Positions 1 through 9,488 are shown, counted from the first letter of the stretch. The stretch is DNA of 64,000 bases from Nocardioides sp. (GCA_035539555.1 DATLIG010000155.1:2422-66421); one strand, 5' to 3'. The notes: generated by a model from the sequence alone, not told the origin. Translations and numbers: made by a program.

Positions 1-199
1 CGACGGGCGTCGGCCGGTCGTGGAAGAGGTCGCTGGCGGTCCGCAGCTCGCCGACCAGCGCGTCGGCGCGGCGCAGCGTGCGGAACAGGTCGACGGCGAG
101 GGGGTGCCGGACCAGGAGGTCGCAGGTCGGGCAGACCGGCACACCGGCCGGCAGGGACGAGCGGCAGTCGGGGCATCGGGACGGGTCGGCGTAGCGCAT
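1..199 (-). CDS. N-terminal part of a zinc-ribbon (CxxC..CxxC) protein, probably a large membrane protein; runs off window
   Basis: Manual translation from ATG 199: MRYADPSRCPDCRSSLPAGVPVCPTCDLLVRHPLAVDLFRTLRRAD..., open to window edge; not in ORF track. Confidence 0.7.
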   Translation of the reverse strand, partial: MRYADPSRCPDCRSSLPAGVPVCPTCDLLVRHPLAVDLFRTLRRADALVGELRTASDLFHDRPTPV

Positions 200-315
200 G
201 GATCCATTGCGCCAGCTCAGTGCTCAGCGCGGCATCGTCGAAGGGCTCAGCACGGCTGAGTCCTTGTACTCAGTCGGTGGGCGCCGGGGCGGACCCGTCG
301 GTGCGTTCGCGCCAC

Positions 316-358
316 AAAGGCGAAGGGCCCTCGTGAGTATGAGTCACAAGGGCCCTTC
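316..358 (-). terminator. Intrinsic terminator-like hairpin ending the putative ncRNA
   Basis: GAAGGGCCCT (322-331) / AGGGCCCTTC (349-358) plus inner GTGA/TCAC; followed by GCCTTTGT on the minus strand (short U-tract). Confidence 0.6.
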
Positions 359-543
359 AGGTGGCCGGTACTGGTGACGCTCCCGGCCCATCCGCTGGCT
401 GCTGGGATCCCGCGAGCCTCGTCACCCGGCTCGCGCGGCCGGCGTCCCCGTAAGGGGCCGCCTCGACGTCACCCCGAGGGGCTCCGACGTGGCCGTGCGG
501 ATCCTCGCCTTCCGGCGGATCCCGCTCTCCCGGAGGATTGCGT
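316..543 (-). ncRNA. Putative structured ncRNA or cis-regulatory RNA, family not recognised
   Basis: No convincing CDS; stacked hairpins, multibranch junction, loop-loop complementarity (373-379 with 420-426), upstream promoter-like motif and downstream terminator. Confidence 0.6.
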
Positions 544-550
544 GGGAGAA

Positions 551-580
551 GTTCTACGCCCGCGCGGACCGCGTTGACAA
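551..580 (-). promoter_or_regulatory. SigA-like promoter for the putative ncRNA
   Basis: TTGTCA (580-575) - 18 nt - TAGAAC (556-551); -10 imperfect. Confidence 0.45.
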
Positions 581-732
581 GGGGTTTTGCCCCGTCTTTC
601 CGGGGTTTTTCGCTCATCCACCGATCCTCGGCGTGTCGTCCACAAGTACGCCTGATCCCTCCACAGGAGGAACGTGTTCCTCCCCAGAATCAAGCCGCAC
701 CTGTGGATGAGCTGACCCGGCAGACTGGGGTC

Positions 733-1143
733 ATGGACCGACCACCCCTCGCCGTACGCCATGACCTGGAGCCGCACCCGGAGGGCGGGTGGTACCGACA
801 GACGTGGGTCGCGGACACCACGGTCGAGCTGGCGGACGGGCGGGTGCGGCCGACGGCGACGTCGATCTACTTCCTGCTGCCGGCCGGGGAGTCGTCGGCC
901 TGGCACCGGGTGCGCTCGGACGAGATGTGGCTGGCCCACGAGGGGACGGTCGTCGTCGAGCTCGGTGGCGACGGGCCGGCGCCCGACCCCGCTGCCGTGG
1001 TCCGGCTGAGGGTCGCAGCGGACGAGCCGCAGGGACTGGTGCCGGCCGGGGTGTGGCAGCGGACGCTGGTCTCCGGCGAGGACGCGCTGGTCAGCTGCCT
1101 GGTCTCCCCGGGCTTCGACTTCGCCGACTTCGAGCTGGCCTGA
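733..1143 (+). CDS. Cupin_5 (DUF985) family protein
   Basis: LEPHPEGGWYRQTW, TSIYFLL, SAWHRVRSDEMW, LVSCLVSPGFDFADFEL motifs. Confidence 0.9.
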   Translation: MDRPPLAVRHDLEPHPEGGWYRQTWVADTTVELADGRVRPTATSIYFLLPAGESSAWHRVRSDEMWLAHEGTVVVELGGDGPAPDPAAVVRLRVAADEPQGLVPAGVWQRTLVSGEDALVSCLVSPGFDFADFELA

Positions 1144-1187
1144 GGCGACGGCGGGCTGCAACACCGGCCCGGGACCCGCCGGGGTTG

Positions 1188-1209
1188 TGTCGGGCGGGGG
1201 TGGTTGAGT
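1188..1209 (+). promoter_or_regulatory. PafBC/RecA-NDp-like DNA-damage promoter upstream of adnA
   Basis: TGTCGG-N10-TTGAGT vs consensus TGTCGG-N10-TANNNT; GTG follows at 1217. Confidence 0.5.
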
Positions 1210-1216
1210 GGCGCCC

Positions 1217-4200
1217 GTGGAGCAGGGAAGCCAGCCGACGTACGTCCTCGCCGCGGGGACGCCACCCGGGCCTGCCCCCGAGCTCGACGAGCACCAGCGC
1301 CGCGTGGTGGACCACGAGGGCGGCCCGTTGCTGGTGCTGGCCGGGCCCGGCACCGGCAAGACGACGACCCTGGTGGAGGCCGTCGTCGACCGGATCGAGC
1401 GGCGCGGTGCCAGCCCCGACCAGGTGCTCGCGCTGACCTTCTCCCGCAAGGCCGCCGACCAGCTGCGCGACCGGGTGAGTGCCCGCCTGGGGCGCACCAC
1501 CGGTCACCAGCTGAGCTCGACATTCCACTCCTTCGCCTACGCGCTGGTGCGCCGCTACGCGCCCGCCGAGCTCTACGAGGCGCCGCTGCGGCTGTTGTCG
1601 GCCCCCGAGCAGGACGTGATCCTGCGCGAGCTGCTCAAGGACCACCCGGAGTCGGTGACGTGGCCGGACCGGTTCCGGCAGGCCACCGCGACCCGCGGCT
1701 TCGCCCGCGAGGTGCACGCCGTGCTCGGGCGCGCCCGGGAGAAGGGCCTCGACGGCGAGGAGCTGCGCCGGCTCGGCGAGAGCGAGGGCATCGAGGAGTT
1801 CGTCGCCGCCGGGCTCTTCCTGGAGCAGTACCTCGACTCCCTCGACAGCATCGGCGCCACCGACTACGCCGACCTGATCCGGCGCGCCTGCATCGAGGCC
1901 GAGGACCACCGCGACGAGCTGCGGGCGCGGTTCCGCCACGTGTTCGTGGACGAGTACCAGGACACCGACCCGGGCCAGGTGGCGCTCCTGCGCGCGCTCG
2001 CGGGCGATGGTCGCGACCTGGTCGCGGTGGGCGACCCGCACCAGTCGATCTATGCGTTCCGGGGGGCAGAGGTGCGCGGCATCCTCGAGTTCCCGACGGC
2101 GTTCCCGAAGTCCGACGGCAGCCCGGCCGACGTGGTCGCGCTACAGACCACCCGACGGTTCGGACCGCGCATCCTGTTGGCGTCGCAGCGGGTCGCCGGC
2201 CGGATCGGCCTGCCCGGCACGATCCCCGAGGGCGCACGCGCGTCCTTCCTCGACCCGGCGTGCGCGCCGGGTCCGCACGGCGACGGCAAGGTCGAGGTGC
2301 TCACCTTCGACACCGAGCGGGCCGAGGCCGAGAACCTCGCCGACATCCTGCGCCGCGCCCACCTCGAGAACGGCGTCGGCTGGGACGAGATGGCCGTGCT
2401 GGTGCGCTCCGGCCGGGCCAGCATCGGCCCGCTGCGGCGGGCGCTGGGGGCGGCCGGCGTTCCGGTCGAGGTGGCGAGCGACGAGGTGCCGCTGGTCAGG
2501 GACCCGGCGGTGCTGCCCCTCCTCGAGGCGATGCGGGCCGTCGTACACCTGCGGACGGAGGACCACACCGACGTCGGCTACGTCGATCCCGGGCGCGCGG
2601 AGGCGCTGCTGACCGGACCGCTGGGCGGGCTGGACGCCGGCGACGTGCGTCGGCTGGCGCGCCGGCTGCGCACGCGCGAGAAGGACGCGTGCCAGGAGAC
2701 CGGTGGGACGCCGCGCAGCTCCCGCGAGCTGGTCCGCCTCGCCGTCGTCGACGCCACCCACCTCGACGGCCTGGACGGCCCCGAGGTCGAGCGGGCCCGT
2801 GCCGTCGCCCAGCTGCTGGCCCGTGCCGGCGCGGCCGTGGACGAGGGCGGCAGCGCCGAGGAGCTGCTGTGGACCCTGTGGTCAGGGACGGCCTGGCCGC
2901 AGCGGCTGCGGCGCGCCGTGGAGTCGGGCGGCGGGGCTGCCCGACGGGCCCACCGCGACCTCGACTCGGTCTGCGCGCTCTTCGAGCTGGCTGCGCGGGC
3001 GGGGGAGCGGCGTGAGCACCTCGCCGTGACGCCCTTCCTCGAGGGTCTCGTGCAGCAGGAGATCCCGGCGGACACGCTTGCCGACCGGGGCGCGCGTGGT
3101 GCCGCGGTCCGGCTGCTGACGGCCCACCGGAGCAAGGGTCTGGAGTGGCGGCTGGTCGTGGTCGCCCACGTGCAGGACGGTGGCTGGCCCGACCTGCGCC
3201 GCCGCGCGACCTTGCTGCAGGCCGACCGGATCGGCCCGGGGGTCGTGGTGCCCGAGGTGACGCCGCGCGAGCTGCTCGCCGAGGAGCGGCGCCTGTTCTA
3301 CGTCGCGTGCACCCGCGCGCGCGAGCGGCTCGTGGTGACGGCCGTGGCGTCGCCCGACGACGACGGCGAGCAGCCGTCGCGGTTCCTCGAGGAGCTGGTG
3401 CCCGACCGCGACCACATCCGGGCGGTGACCGGGCGGCCGCCGCGCCCGCTGTCCCTCCCGGGACTGGTGGCCGAGCTGCGTCGTACCCTCGCGGACCCCG
3501 CTGCCCCCGAGCCGCTGCGCGCCGCGGCTGCGCGGCGGCTGGCGCGCCTGGCCGGCGAGTCCACCGGACGCCGGCAGCTGGTGCCGGCGGCCGACCCCGC
3601 GACGTGGTGGGGCACCCGCGCGGCGAGCCGGTCCGGCGAGCCGATCCGCGAGGCGGACCGTCCGGTGCCGATCTCGGCGAGCGTCCTCGACGCGATCGCG
3701 GCCTGCCCGACGCGCTGGTTCCTCGAGAAGGAGGCCGGCGGCGTGGCGCGGTCGCACCAGTCGGCCAACCTCGGCCAGCTCGTGCACGCGCTCGCCGAGC
3801 GGGTCGCCGACGGCTCGATCGATGCCGATGTCGACGCGCTGATGACCGAGGTGGACGCGGTGTGGGACCGGCTCGACTTCCGCACGCCGTGGTCGAAGCA
3901 GCGCGAGCACCGCCGGGTCCGATCCGCGTTGGAGCGCTTCCTCGCCTGGCACGCCCGCAACCCGCGCCGGCTGCTGGCGACCGAGGCGAAGTTCGCGACC
4001 GTCGTGACGATGGACGACGGCGCCGAGGTCCGGATCAACGGCTACGCCGACCGGGTCGAGCTCGATGGCGACGGGCGCGTCGTGGTGGTCGACCTCAAGA
4101 CCGGCCGCGGCAAGCCGTCCGGACCCGCGGTCAAGGAGCACGTGCAGCTCTCGCTCTACCAGTACGCCGTCGACGCGGGCGCGCTCGACGATGCCGAGGC

Positions 4201-4462
4201 CGGCCTGACCGGCCTCGCCTCGGGCGGAGCCGAGCTGATCCAGCTCGGGCTGGAGGACGGCTCGGCCGACGCGACCCGGCAGGAGCAGGACGCGCACGCA
4301 CCGGACGGCCCCGAGCGCGCCGCCCTGCGCACCCGGATCGGGCACGTCGCGCGGCTGCTGCGCGAGGAGACCTTCCCGGCCACGGCCGGTGACCACTGCC
4401 GGGACTGCGGCTTCGTCGCGCTCTGCCCGGTCAAGAGCCCCGGATCGGTGGTGGAGCGGTGA
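1217..4462 (+). CDS. adnA: ATP-dependent helicase/nuclease AdnA (UvrD-like motor plus PD-(D/E)XK nuclease with 4-Cys Fe-S ligands)
   Basis: AGPGTGKT, DEYQD, TAHRSKGLEW, EERRLFYVACTRA, ADRVE..VVDLKTG, CPTRW...CRDC..LC; alternative start 1208. Confidence 0.9.
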   Translation: MEQGSQPTYVLAAGTPPGPAPELDEHQRRVVDHEGGPLLVLAGPGTGKTTTLVEAVVDRIERRGASPDQVLALTFSRKAADQLRDRVSARLGRTTGHQLSSTFHSFAYALVRRYAPAELYEAPLRLLSAPEQDVILRELLKDHPESVTWPDRFRQATATRGFAREVHAVLGRAREKGLDGEELRRLGESEGIEEFVAAGLFLEQYLDSLDSIGATDYADLIRRACIEAEDHRDELRARFRHVFVDEYQDTDPGQVALLRALAGDGRDLVAVGDPHQSIYAFRGAEVRGILEFPTAFPKSDGSPADVVALQTTRRFGPRILLASQRVAGRIGLPGTIPEGARASFLDPACAPGPHGDGKVEVLTFDTERAEAENLADILRRAHLENGVGWDEMAVLVRSGRASIGPLRRALGAAGVPVEVASDEVPLVRDPAVLPLLEAMRAVVHLRTEDHTDVGYVDPGRAEALLTGPLGGLDAGDVRRLARRLRTREKDACQETGGTPRSSRELVRLAVVDATHLDGLDGPEVERARAVAQLLARAGAAVDEGGSAEELLWTLWSGTAWPQRLRRAVESGGGAARRAHRDLDSVCALFELAARAGERREHLAVTPFLEGLVQQEIPADTLADRGARGAAVRLLTAHRSKGLEWRLVVVAHVQDGGWPDLRRRATLLQADRIGPGVVVPEVTPRELLAEERRLFYVACTRARERLVVTAVASPDDDGEQPSRFLEELVPDRDHIRAVTGRPPRPLSLPGLVAELRRTLADPAAPEPLRAAAARRLARLAGESTGRRQLVPAADPATWWGTRAASRSGEPIREADRPVPISASVLDAIAACPTRWFLEKEAGGVARSHQSANLGQLVHALAERVADGSIDADVDALMTEVDAVWDRLDFRTPWSKQREHRRVRSALERFLAWHARNPRRLLATEAKFATVVTMDDGAEVRINGYADRVELDGDGRVVVVDLKTGRGKPSGPAVKEHVQLSLYQYAVDAGALDDAEAGLTGLASGGAELIQLGLEDGSADATRQEQDAHAPDGPERAALRTRIGHVARLLREETFPATAGDHCRDCGFVALCPVKSPGSVVER

Positions 4463-7400
4463 ACGGCACGGACCACGGGATCCACACGCCCGAGGACCTG
4501 CAGCGGGCGATGCAGGCGAAGTTCCCGCCCAGCCCGGAGCAGTGGACGGCCATCACGGCGCCGCTGTCGCCGGTCGTGGTGATCGCCGGCGCCGGCTCGG
4601 GCAAGACCACGCTGATGGCAGCCCGCGTGGTGTACCTGGTGCTGACCGGACGGGTCCGGCCCGAGGAGATCCTCGGCCTCACCTTCACCACCAAGGCGGC
4701 GGCGGAGCTGCGCCAGCGGATTCGCACCGCCCTCACGGCGGCCGGCGTGCTCGACCTCAAGCGGGCCGCGGACGACGAGGAGGTCCTCGAGCCGACGGTC
4801 GCGACCTACAACGCCTACGCCGCCGGGCTGCTGACCGACCACGGCCTGCGGATCGGCCACGAGCCCGACACCCGCGTGATCACCGACGCCGCGCGCTACC
4901 AGCTCGGCGCCCGCGCGGTCGACCGGCACGACGGCGACGTCGCCAAGCTGTCGGACCATCCGCCGACCGTCATCCAGAACCTCCTCGCCCTCGACGGTGC
5001 GATGAGCGAGCACCTCGTCGGTCCCGACGACGTCCTCGCCTTCGACGCCGACCAGCGTCGGTCCTTCGAGCGCGAGCTCGCGACCGAGCAGGCGGGCAAG
5101 AACCGCAAGACCTACGCCGAGGCCGTCCAGGGGGCCATCGACGTGATCGACAAGCGGGCCGAGCTGATGGGCCTGGTGGCGTCGTACCGGCGCCTCAAGG
5201 CGGACCTGGGGCTGATGGACTTCAGCGATCAGATCGCCCTCGCCGCCCGGCTCGCCGAGTCCCAGCCCGACGTCGGGCGGATCGAGCGGGGCCGGTTCAA
5301 GGTCGTGCTGCTGGACGAGTACCAGGACACCTCGGTCGCCCAGGCGAGGATGCTCGCGCGGCTGTTCGGCACGGGCCACCCGGTCATGGCCGTCGGCGAT
5401 CCCAACCAGGCCATCTACGGCTGGCGCGGCGCGTCGGTGTCCAACATCGTCAACTTCCCCGAGGTCTTCCCGTCCGCCAACGGGACGCCCGTCCCGGTGC
5501 TGCCGCTGACGGTCAACCGGCGCTCCGACACCCGGATCCTCGACGTCGCGAACGCACTCGCCGCTCCGCTGCTGGAGAAGTACGGCGACAAGGTGGCCGA
5601 GCTGCGCCACGGCTCCGCCGAGCCCGGCTCCGTCGGGGTCACGGTGTTCGAGACCCACCGCGACGAGCTCGCGTGGCTGGTCGACGAGGTCCGCGCGACG
5701 CACGAGGCCGGCACGCCCTGGGCGCGGATCGCCGTGCTGAGCCGTGACAACCAGCACGGGGAGGCCGTCTTCGACGCGCTGACCGGTGCCGACGTCCCCG
5801 TCGAGATCGTCGGCCTGTCCGGCCTGGTCCGCCTGCCCGAGATCGCGACGGTCGTGGCGACGCTCAAGCTGGTCCAGGACGTCACCGACAACGAGTCGCT
5901 GCTCGGGCTGCTCGCCGGCCCGCGCTGGGCGATCGGCCCGCGTGACCTGCGGCTGCTGGGCCAGCGTGCCCTCGAGCTCGCTGGCCGGGGCGGTCGTGGC
6001 CAGGCGCCCGAGACGGTGCACGAGCAGCTCGTCGAGATCGCCGACGGCATCGATCCGGCGGAGGTCCCCTGCCTGGACGACGCGCTGGCCGACCCCGGGG
6101 AGGCGGCGTACTCGCCGGAGGCGCGGGAGCGGTTCGCCCTGCTCCGTGACGAGCTGCGGCTGCTGCGCGCCTCGGTGGGCGAGCCGCTGCTCGACCTGGT
6201 CCGCCGGATCGTCGACGTGACGGGGGTCGACGTCGAGCTGGCCTCGTCGGTCAGCAGGGCCGCCGCTGCGCGGCGCGAGAACCTCGACCTGTTCGTCAAG
6301 GCCGTCGCCGACTTCCAGGCCGTCGACGGCGACGTCACGCTGCCGGCCCTCATCGCGTGGCTCACCGCCGAGGACGAGGCCGGCAACGGGCTCGAGGTGG
6401 CGACGCCGTCGGACGCGGACTCGGTCAAGCTGCTCACGGTCCACCGGTCGAAGGGCCTGGAGTGGGCGACCGTGTTCTGCGTCGGCGTCGGCGACGGGCG
6501 CTTCCCGAGCACCCGCGGTCGGTCGTTGTGGTGCTCCTCGCCCAGCGTCCTGCCGGCGCCGCTGCGCGGCGACGCCGAGGACCTGCCCCAGCTCGCGGGC
6601 CACGACAAGGCGGCGATCGACGCCTACCGGGCCGACACCCGCAAGCACGAGGCGGAGGAGGAGCTGCGGCTCGGCTACGTCGCGTTCACCCGCCCCGAGC
6701 ACCACCTGTGGGTGACGTCGTTCCTGTGGGGGCCCCGCAAGCGGCCCTACGGCCCGTCGTCCTTCCAGGCCACGATCCGCGACCTGTGCGACGGGTGGGG
6801 CGTGCCGGTGGAGTGGCGGGACAAGCCCGACCCGGGTGCGGCCAACCCGCTGGACGCCGAGGACCCGTCGCGGCCCTGGCCGGTGGAGGGCGTCGGCGCC
6901 GAGACCGTACGACGCCTCGAGGCCGCCGCCCGGGTCCGCTCCGCCGTGCCGTCGGGACCGGCCGGGGCCGACGAGGAGGACGCCGGACTCGACCTGGTGG
7001 ACGCCGCGCGGGTCGCCGACTGGGACGACGAGATCGACCGCCTGCTCGCCGAGGCGCGCGCCGACCGGTCGTTGCGGATCGAGGTGCCGCTGCCGTCGTC
7101 GCTGTCGGCGACCGCGATCGGCCGGCTGCGCGACGACCCGGCCGGGTTCGCGCGCGACCTGGCCCGGCCGATGCCGCGCCCGCCGGCGCCGGCGGCCCGC
7201 TTCGGCACCCGGTTCCACGCCTGGGTCGAGGCCCGGTTCGGCCAGCAGGGACTGTTCGAGCCGGACGAGCTCGAGGGGCGCGCGGACGCGGGCATCGACG
7301 ACGACAGCGACCTGAAGGAGCTGATCAACCGCTTCGAGGCGGGGCCCTTCGCGACCCGGGAGCCCACGGCGATCGAGGCGCCGTTCGCGCTGGTGCTGAC

Positions 7401-7683
7401 CGGTGCCGGCGGCGGGCGGCAGGTGGTCCGCGGCCGGATCGACGCGGTCTACACCGAGCCGGACGGCTCGTTCCTCGTGGTCGACTGGAAGACCAACGCC
7501 CGCCAGGACGCCGACCCGCTCCAGCTGGCTCTCTACCGGCTGGCCTGGGCCGAGCTCAACGACGTCCCGCTCGAGCGGGTCCGGGCGGCGTTCTGCTACG
7601 TCCGCACCGGCGACCTCGTCGTGTACGACGACCTGCCCGACCGCTCCGGCGTCGAGGCGGTGCTCAACCCCGGAGCACGCTGA
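4459..7683 (+). CDS. adnB: ATP-dependent helicase/nuclease AdnB
   Basis: AGAGSGKT, DEYQD, VGDPNQAIYGWRGA, HRSKGLEW, GRIDAV..VVDWKT..QLALYRLAW; GTGA overlap with adnA. Confidence 0.9.
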   Translation: MNGTDHGIHTPEDLQRAMQAKFPPSPEQWTAITAPLSPVVVIAGAGSGKTTLMAARVVYLVLTGRVRPEEILGLTFTTKAAAELRQRIRTALTAAGVLDLKRAADDEEVLEPTVATYNAYAAGLLTDHGLRIGHEPDTRVITDAARYQLGARAVDRHDGDVAKLSDHPPTVIQNLLALDGAMSEHLVGPDDVLAFDADQRRSFERELATEQAGKNRKTYAEAVQGAIDVIDKRAELMGLVASYRRLKADLGLMDFSDQIALAARLAESQPDVGRIERGRFKVVLLDEYQDTSVAQARMLARLFGTGHPVMAVGDPNQAIYGWRGASVSNIVNFPEVFPSANGTPVPVLPLTVNRRSDTRILDVANALAAPLLEKYGDKVAELRHGSAEPGSVGVTVFETHRDELAWLVDEVRATHEAGTPWARIAVLSRDNQHGEAVFDALTGADVPVEIVGLSGLVRLPEIATVVATLKLVQDVTDNESLLGLLAGPRWAIGPRDLRLLGQRALELAGRGGRGQAPETVHEQLVEIADGIDPAEVPCLDDALADPGEAAYSPEARERFALLRDELRLLRASVGEPLLDLVRRIVDVTGVDVELASSVSRAAAARRENLDLFVKAVADFQAVDGDVTLPALIAWLTAEDEAGNGLEVATPSDADSVKLLTVHRSKGLEWATVFCVGVGDGRFPSTRGRSLWCSSPSVLPAPLRGDAEDLPQLAGHDKAAIDAYRADTRKHEAEEELRLGYVAFTRPEHHLWVTSFLWGPRKRPYGPSSFQATIRDLCDGWGVPVEWRDKPDPGAANPLDAEDPSRPWPVEGVGAETVRRLEAAARVRSAVPSGPAGADEEDAGLDLVDAARVADWDDEIDRLLAEARADRSLRIEVPLPSSLSATAIGRLRDDPAGFARDLARPMPRPPAPAARFGTRFHAWVEARFGQQGLFEPDELEGRADAGIDDDSDLKELINRFEAGPFATREPTAIEAPFALVLTGAGGGRQVVRGRIDAVYTEPDGSFLVVDWKTNARQDADPLQLALYRLAWAELNDVPLERVRAAFCYVRTGDLVVYDDLPDRSGVEAVLNPGAR

Positions 7684-8167
7684 TCCGGGGCGGCACGGCG
7701 AGCGACTGGCCGACCACGCAGTAGCGCTCCGTGGCCGTCGCCAGCCGGCCGAGCGTGGCGTCGTCGGCATCGGTGTCGAGGGTGATGGTCACGACGACGT
7801 CCTGCACGCCGATCGGCGCGGCCCGGTCGATGCCGAGCGTCCCGCGGGCGTCCCACCACCCGTCGGCGCGCAGGTCCGCGGACCGGATGGCGACGCCCAT
7901 CGCAGTGGCGACCGCGCGCAGGGTCACGCCCGCGCAGCCCAGCAGGGCCTGGAGCACGAGGTCGGCCGAGCAGGCGTCCTCTCCGGTGCCGCCGGCCGCG
8001 GCGTGCAGGCCGGCCCGGACCGGTCCGGCGAACCCGTCGACGGTCGCGGTGACCTCGGGATCGCGGTAGTCACCGGTCGCCGTCGTGGGGATCCGGGCAC
8101 TCGCCGGGTCCGTGCGGTACTGGTCCTTCAGCGGCGCCTGGGCGGCGCGGAGCGTGCTCGCGTCCAT
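7664..8167 (-). CDS. OsmC family protein
   Basis: LRAAQAPLKDQYR, CSADLVLQALLGCAGVTL, TERYCVVGQSL. Confidence 0.85.
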   Translation of the reverse strand: MDASTLRAAQAPLKDQYRTDPASARIPTTATGDYRDPEVTATVDGFAGPVRAGLHAAAGGTGEDACSADLVLQALLGCAGVTLRAVATAMGVAIRSADLRADGWWDARGTLGIDRAAPIGVQDVVVTITLDTDADDATLGRLATATERYCVVGQSLAVPPRISVLRG

Positions 8168-8231
8168 GGCTCACGGTAGCGCCCGCAGGGCGGGACCAGA
8201 GCGTGCCGAGGGCGTGACTAGGCTCGATCAC

Positions 8232-9143
8232 GTGACGTTCCCCCACCTCTCGCTCGTCGCCGATCCGCACGACCGTCTCGGACTGCTCCGCACCGACGAG
8301 GACTGGCTGCAACAGCGCTGGGAGGACCCGGCCAGCCGGGTGCTCGTCATCGCCGGCACCCGGGTGCGACCGGGACCCGACGGACTCGAGTGGGTGGCGA
8401 GCGCCGATGCACCGGACGGCGTACGGGTGCTCCTCGGTGACCGCGACGGTACGACGTGGTGGGCGGTCATCGTCGGTGGCGAGGTGGTCAGGGCGGAGCC
8501 CGAGCGGTGGCTGCCGTTGCGCGGCCTGCTGCCGTACCTCAGCGGCGACGCGGTCGCGCAGGCGCCGCTCGTCTTCCACGCCATCGGGCTCGCGGAGTGG
8601 CACTGGGCGCACCGGTTCTGCCCGCGCTGCGGCGGCGCGTTGTCGCCGCGCGCGGCCGGCCACGAGCTGGTCTGCGCGGACTGCGGCAAGCCGCAGTTCC
8701 CGCGCTCGGACCCGGCGGTGATCATGCTGATCTCGGCGGGGGAGCCCGGCACGCCGGAGGAGCGCTGCCTGCTCGGCCGGGGCACGACCTGGCCCGCGGG
8801 CCGGTTCAGCACGCTGGCCGGCTTCTGCGAGCCGGGGGAGTCGCTGGAGGACGCCGTACGACGTGAGGTCCTCGAGGAGACCGGGGTCGTGGTGGGGGAG
8901 GTGACCTACTTCGGCAACCAGCCGTGGCCGCTGCCGTCGAGCCTGATGCTCGGCTTCCACGGTCGTGCCCTCAGCGAGGACATCCGCCTCGAGGACGCGG
9001 ACGTCGAGGAGGCGCAGTGGTTCACCCGCGCCGAGATGCGCAGCGGTGCCGAGGACGGCTCGCTGGTGCTGCCCGGCGGGGTCTCGATCAGCCGGTCGCT
9101 GGTCGAGGACTGGTACGGCGGAGCGCTTCCCGGCAGCTGGTGA
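8232..9143 (+). CDS. nudC: NAD(+) diphosphatase NudC
   Basis: HRFCPRCG..CADCG zinc ribbon, FPRSDPAVI, Nudix box LAGFCEPGESLEDAVRREVLEETG, QPWP; TAGGCT -10 just upstream of GTG. Confidence 0.93.
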   Translation: MTFPHLSLVADPHDRLGLLRTDEDWLQQRWEDPASRVLVIAGTRVRPGPDGLEWVASADAPDGVRVLLGDRDGTTWWAVIVGGEVVRAEPERWLPLRGLLPYLSGDAVAQAPLVFHAIGLAEWHWAHRFCPRCGGALSPRAAGHELVCADCGKPQFPRSDPAVIMLISAGEPGTPEERCLLGRGTTWPAGRFSTLAGFCEPGESLEDAVRREVLEETGVVVGEVTYFGNQPWPLPSSLMLGFHGRALSEDIRLEDADVEEAQWFTRAEMRSGAEDGSLVLPGGVSISRSLVEDWYGGALPGSW

Positions 9144-9161
9144 GGTCGCCGGGGCCCACGC

Positions 9162-9434
9162 TCAGGCGCCGAGCTGCTGGAGCTCCTCGAGCTTGCCCTT
9201 GACCTGGGCCAGGCTCGGGTTGGTGTGCGCGGTGCCGTCGGAGTAGACGAGCGTCGGGACGGTCTGGTTGCCGCTGTTGGCCGACTCCACGATCGCCGCG
9301 GCCTCGGGCTGCTGCTCGATGTCGACGATGTCGTACGCGATGCCCTCACGGTCCAGCTGGCTCTTCAGCCGGTGGCAGTAGCCGCACCAGGGGGTGGTGT
9401 ACATGACGAAACGCTCGGAACCGGTCACGCTCAT
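9162..9434 (-). CDS. mrx1: Mycoredoxin (glutaredoxin-like)
   Basis: WCGYC active site, GNQTVPT, TNPSLAQVK; syntenic with nudC and uvrD2. Confidence 0.9.
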   Translation of the reverse strand: MSVTGSERFVMYTTPWCGYCHRLKSQLDREGIAYDIVDIEQQPEAAAIVESANSGNQTVPTLVYSDGTAHTNPSLAQVKGKLEELQQLGA

Positions 9435-9488
9435 GCCAACACCCTAGGCAGGGACCCCATTCCCGCCGGATTCCTCGCGGCCTGCCCG

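Noticed and set aside
316-543. Identification as Ms1, raiA-motif, SRP or 6C RNA
   Set aside because: The conserved sequence blocks I recall for those families are not present, and the Ms1 gene context is absent; left unassigned
357-710. Short ORFs 357-617(-), 374-577(+), 489-710(+)
   Set aside because: No RBS, recognisable motif or clear codon bias; they overlap the structured element
1217-7683. Helicase-nuclease pair as a novel defence system
   Set aside because: Matches housekeeping AdnAB in its conserved nudC-mrx1-uvrD2-whiB7 context
4156-7770. Very long antisense/alternative-frame ORFs (e.g. 4156-7770, 48510-51239, 5' extension of 45180-48395)
   Set aside because: Shadow ORFs typical of high-GC DNA overlapping well-supported genes
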